The notes under the pieces: generated by a model | Database searches by the model: none | What the model was told of the DNA's origin: nothing | What the model saw: the letters and a program-made list of their open reading frames with translations, nothing else | Part shown: positions 34,518 through 37,253 of the stretch, piece after piece | How positions within the stretch are numbered: position 1 is the first letter of the stretch | Layout of the letters: each line of letters opens with the position of its first letter | Translations under genes and position numbers: made by a program | Virus record (IMG/VR): IMGVR_UViG_3300030207_000942 | Coordinates: 1 to 37,253 of that record | Origin: a virus | Taxonomy: Duplodnaviria > Caudoviricetes | Length of the DNA stretch: 37,253 bases | Reading direction: 5' to 3' (one strand)

Positions 34518-36001
34518 TTGTTTGCCTCCATAGCTTTCGCTTTTTTAATATTGTAATGTTTTATGTAATTAAGAACATCTTTGCCAGGTTTAACTGGCTG
34601 TACCTGTTTGTTTGCAGGAAAATGTTTGTATTTATCTTTAAATATCCAACTAGCCCAACCATCATCATAGCCCTTTTGTCTTGAATAATATAAAACTTGG
34701 CTATAAAAATGTTTTTTATGTTCTGGTTCTACCTTATCTTTCTTTGTTATTTCTATCAATCTGCCTTGTTTTATAAGAATTGCTCTTTCTTTTTTAGTAG
34801 GCACATGTAAACACATAGGGCATTCTGGCGCGTTTTTAGTGGGTTTATAGACGTAATTACATTCAACGCAGGTATAAGGTTGTTTTTCTATTTCGCGTGG
34901 CTTATTTGGCTTCCTGTTGTCTCTTTTTTTTGCTTTCAAAGACCAAGTTGGGGGTTCATCAGGAAATCCATGCTCGTAAACAGCGCCACTATGGTCAATT
35001 ATAAGGGTGTCTTTCTTGTTTTTGTATGGTCTAAGGCTTCTGCCTACCATCTGCAAGTATAATCCATAGCTTTTTGTAGGCCTAGCAAGAATAACACACG
35101 ACACTTTAGGGCAATCCCAACCTTCTGTAAGCACTTGACAGTTACTTAATACTCTAATATCTCCTGATTGTAGCATTTCTAGTTGTCTTTCGCGCTCTGT
35201 TTCCTTCATTTCACCATCTATATGCCCAGCAGGTATGCCATTTTGTCTAAAAATATTAGCAATATATTTACTGTGTGCAATAGATGTAGCAAAAACCACA
35301 GTTGGCCTGTCATTTGCGTATAAATTCCAGTGTTCTACTAAATCTCCTACTAATTTAGGTATGTTCATACGTTTGTTTAACATTTTAGCGTCATAATCAC
35401 CAGCAGTAATCTTAATTCCTTTTAAATCTGGCATAGTAGGCGCAACAATTCTGCTTGGGACTAAATATTCCTGAGATGTAAGCTCTTTAATATTGCTGCA
35501 CTCTATTATTTTCTCGTAAATATCGCCAAGACCACGCCCATCAGACCTACACGGTGTTGCTGTAAGACCTATGATGTAAGAACTAGGGTATAACTCTAAT
35601 AATTCTTGAAAACTTGTAGACACTGACCTATGTGCTTCGTCTAATATAATGACATCTGCTACAGGCAAATCAAAATCTTGTTTATCTTTACGTGCAGTAA
35701 AAGTCTGTATTGATGCTATTTGCACGCCAGCGTGTTTTGTAGGGCTTTTACCTGCCATAAGTAAACCGTGTGGCACACCAAAATCATAGAGCTTACGGCT
35801 ACATTGCATAATAAGTTCTCGTCTGTGCGCTACAAACAAGCAACGTTTACCGCCCGCTACTACACGCCTTATAACTTCAGAGGCCACAACGGTCTTACCA
35901 GAGCCAGTTGGCGCAACTAATAAAAGTCGACGCAAACCTTTTCTGTAATTCAACGACATTTCTTCTATACTTTTTGTTTGATAATTACGTAGTTGGTACA
36001 T
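34514..36001 (-). CDS. SF2 DEAD/DEAH-box helicase with Zn finger
   Basis: LRNYQ, APTGSGKT, DEAH, GLTATP, LTEGWD, QMVGRSLR, CVEC...CPMC. Confidence 0.95.
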   Translation of the reverse strand: MYQLRNYQTKSIEEMSLNYRKGLRRLLLVAPTGSGKTVVASEVIRRVVAGGKRCLFVAHRRELIMQCSRKLYDFGVPHGLLMAGKSPTKHAGVQIASIQTFTARKDKQDFDLPVADVIILDEAHRSVSTSFQELLELYPSSYIIGLTATPCRSDGRGLGDIYEKIIECSNIKELTSQEYLVPSRIVAPTMPDLKGIKITAGDYDAKMLNKRMNIPKLVGDLVEHWNLYANDRPTVVFATSIAHSKYIANIFRQNGIPAGHIDGEMKETERERQLEMLQSGDIRVLSNCQVLTEGWDCPKVSCVILARPTKSYGLYLQMVGRSLRPYKNKKDTLIIDHSGAVYEHGFPDEPPTWSLKAKKRDNRKPNKPREIEKQPYTCVECNYVYKPTKNAPECPMCLHVPTKKERAILIKQGRLIEITKKDKVEPEHKKHFYSQVLYYSRQKGYDDGWASWIFKDKYKHFPANKQVQPVKPGKDVLNYIKHYNIKKAKAMEANK

Positions 36002-36833
36002 ATCTTCTCCATATATCATTAAGTTGAAATATTACTTCTCGTAAATTTTCTGGCGGTGTGCATGCTTGTGCAAAACGTATTGCTTCTTCTCTAGCATAAT
36101 CGTAAGTTTCGCCACGCATTCTAATGCTAATTAACATTTTAACAAGTTTTTCATGCCTGTCGCCTTCGCCTGCTCCATAACTAAAATTTGTAGCAGTGTG
36201 TTTATAATCTTTGTTTATAACAACTTTTTGAACTTGTGGTCTTTTCAAACCTAATTGTATTTTTATTTGTTGTCTACTGTATGGTTTGCGTTGTAACCTC
36301 TCTATTATTTTTATAGGATATGGTTTGTTTTTGTTGTGGTAAAAACCTGCAACACGCATAACGCGTGGCAAATCTTTGACCTTTGTATCAGCATTATATT
36401 TTTCTGCAAGAGCTTGCTGATATAATGTAAAACTTTCTAATGGCATGTCAGACACTAACCAGTAACAATGATATTTTTTTGGGCTAGTGTTAACAACCAA
36501 GTGTGGCTGTAAATCAAATTTATCAGGCAAAGGGCTTCCGTCTAAATCTATAAATACAGCACGCACTTGGTTTATATGGCGTGTCGTTCTACCAAGGAGG
36601 TTGGTTTCGTTTACTGTAAAAAACACGCCTGCGCCTTTTCTATTTAGTTCAGCTAGCTTGTGAAAATGCTCTCTTATCGTGCCATGGAATTGCTTGACCA
36701 GGGATTTATTTCCGCTGTGCTTGTCGTCAAATGTTTGAAAACTGTGCTGTTCGCCAAACATCTGCAAAAATTCATAGTATTGACTGCATTTCATAAATAT
36801 TGCTTGATTCTTTATAATTCTCTTAATATCCAT
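35985..36833 (-). CDS. RepB-type (AEP superfamily) primase with PriCT-like C-terminus
   Basis: GVFFTVN, VFIDLDG, TSPKKYHCYW, KDLPRVMRVAGF.H.K, EGDRH..L; start uncertain (36860, 36833 or 36794). Confidence 0.88.
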   Translation of the reverse strand: MDIKRIIKNQAIFMKCSQYYEFLQMFGEQHSFQTFDDKHSGNKSLVKQFHGTIREHFHKLAELNRKGAGVFFTVNETNLLGRTTRHINQVRAVFIDLDGSPLPDKFDLQPHLVVNTSPKKYHCYWLVSDMPLESFTLYQQALAEKYNADTKVKDLPRVMRVAGFYHNKNKPYPIKIIERLQRKPYSRQQIKIQLGLKRPQVQKVVINKDYKHTATNFSYGAGEGDRHEKLVKMLISIRMRGETYDYAREEAIRFAQACTPPENLREVIFQLNDIWRRYVPTT

Positions 36834-36860
36834 ATTACGATTGCTATTCCCAACCACCAT

Positions 36861-37022
36861 TTAAGAATGTATAGAAAGGAGTCTCTTAGTTTTGGACTTC
36901 TTTTCTTTGGCGATTTTCTTTCTAGCTTCCACTGATTTCGCATGCTTCTTTTTCATCTCCTTTTTTTGTTTCTCGTTCATAGTGCGGAAAAAACCTGCTC
37001 CTCCAAACGTATTATCTTTCAT
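36861..37022 (-). CDS. Small basic hypothetical protein (53 aa)
   Basis: GGAGG RBS before ATG 37022. Confidence 0.65.
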   Translation of the reverse strand: MKDNTFGGAGFFRTMNEKQKKEMKKKHAKSVEARKKIAKEKKSKTKRLLSIHS

Positions 37023-37090
37023 ATTGTTCCTCCCATTATTGCTATCGCTAACCAACAAAGCAATGTTGTTAATATAATTGTTCTAGTCAT
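37019..37090 (-). CDS. 23-aa single-TM micropeptide
   Basis: AAGGAGG RBS; MTRTIILTTLLCWLAIAIMGGTI; overlaps genes on both sides. Confidence 0.6.
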   Translation of the reverse strand: MTRTIILTTLLCWLAIAIMGGTI

Positions 37091-37232
37091 CATCTTCCTC
37101 CTTTGGTAAATGGTCGTAGTTATCATGCTCTAGGTCTTCCTGTGCCATTATCATGGCATCTTTGGGACTATATCCTAGCTCAATATATAACTCAGCTCGG
37201 TCTTCTAAAAACTTCTCGTTGTGTTCGTTCAT
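37083..37232 (-). CDS. Small acidic hypothetical protein (49 aa)
   Basis: GGGAGG RBS; ATGA overlap with the endonuclease VII stop; MNEHNEKFLEDRAELYIELGYSPKDAMIMAQEDLEHDNYDHLPKEEDDD. Confidence 0.75.
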   Translation of the reverse strand: MNEHNEKFLEDRAELYIELGYSPKDAMIMAQEDLEHDNYDHLPKEEDDD

Positions 37233-37253
37233 CTCTCCCTCCCTAAATATTTA
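37156..37253. repeat. Terminal direct repeat (copy of 2-99)
   Basis: Exact 98-nt match. Confidence 0.95.

Overview
The window is an apparently complete, AT-rich podovirus genome of about 37.15 kb. It closes into a circle through a 98-nt end overlap (2-99 = 37156-37253). The + strand from 1977 to 30021 carries packaging, structure and envelope genes in BPP-1/T7-type order: TerS, TerL, small basic proteins, a GNAT acetyltransferase, portal, scaffold, major capsid, putative cement protein, tail tubes A and B, three internal virion proteins (the last 2798 aa), a mosaic tail fibre, holin-like proteins and two secreted proteins. The - strand arm (30018-37232, continuing through 857-75) carries DNA metabolism genes: RepB-type primase, SF2 helicase, Ref-like HNH nuclease, a stand-alone ATP-cone protein, an SSB-like protein, a PD-(D/E)XK exonuclease, a metallophosphoesterase and endonuclease VII. 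A small divergent island holds a Cro-like gene, a probable origin and a DUF1376-like gene. I recognised no DNA or RNA polymerase, integrase, tRNA, CRISPR array, reverse transcriptase or endolysin. The layout resembles aquatic HTVC010P-like podoviruses (inference; host unknown). The most interesting signals are non-coding: a roughly 72-nt three-way-junction RNA with its own consensus sigma70 promoter, a recurring TTAAC-N4-GTTAA operator, three ATAA-bulged hairpins in the capsid leader, and an origin lying upstream of a truncated initiator. All family assignments come from reading motifs by eye, not from database searches.
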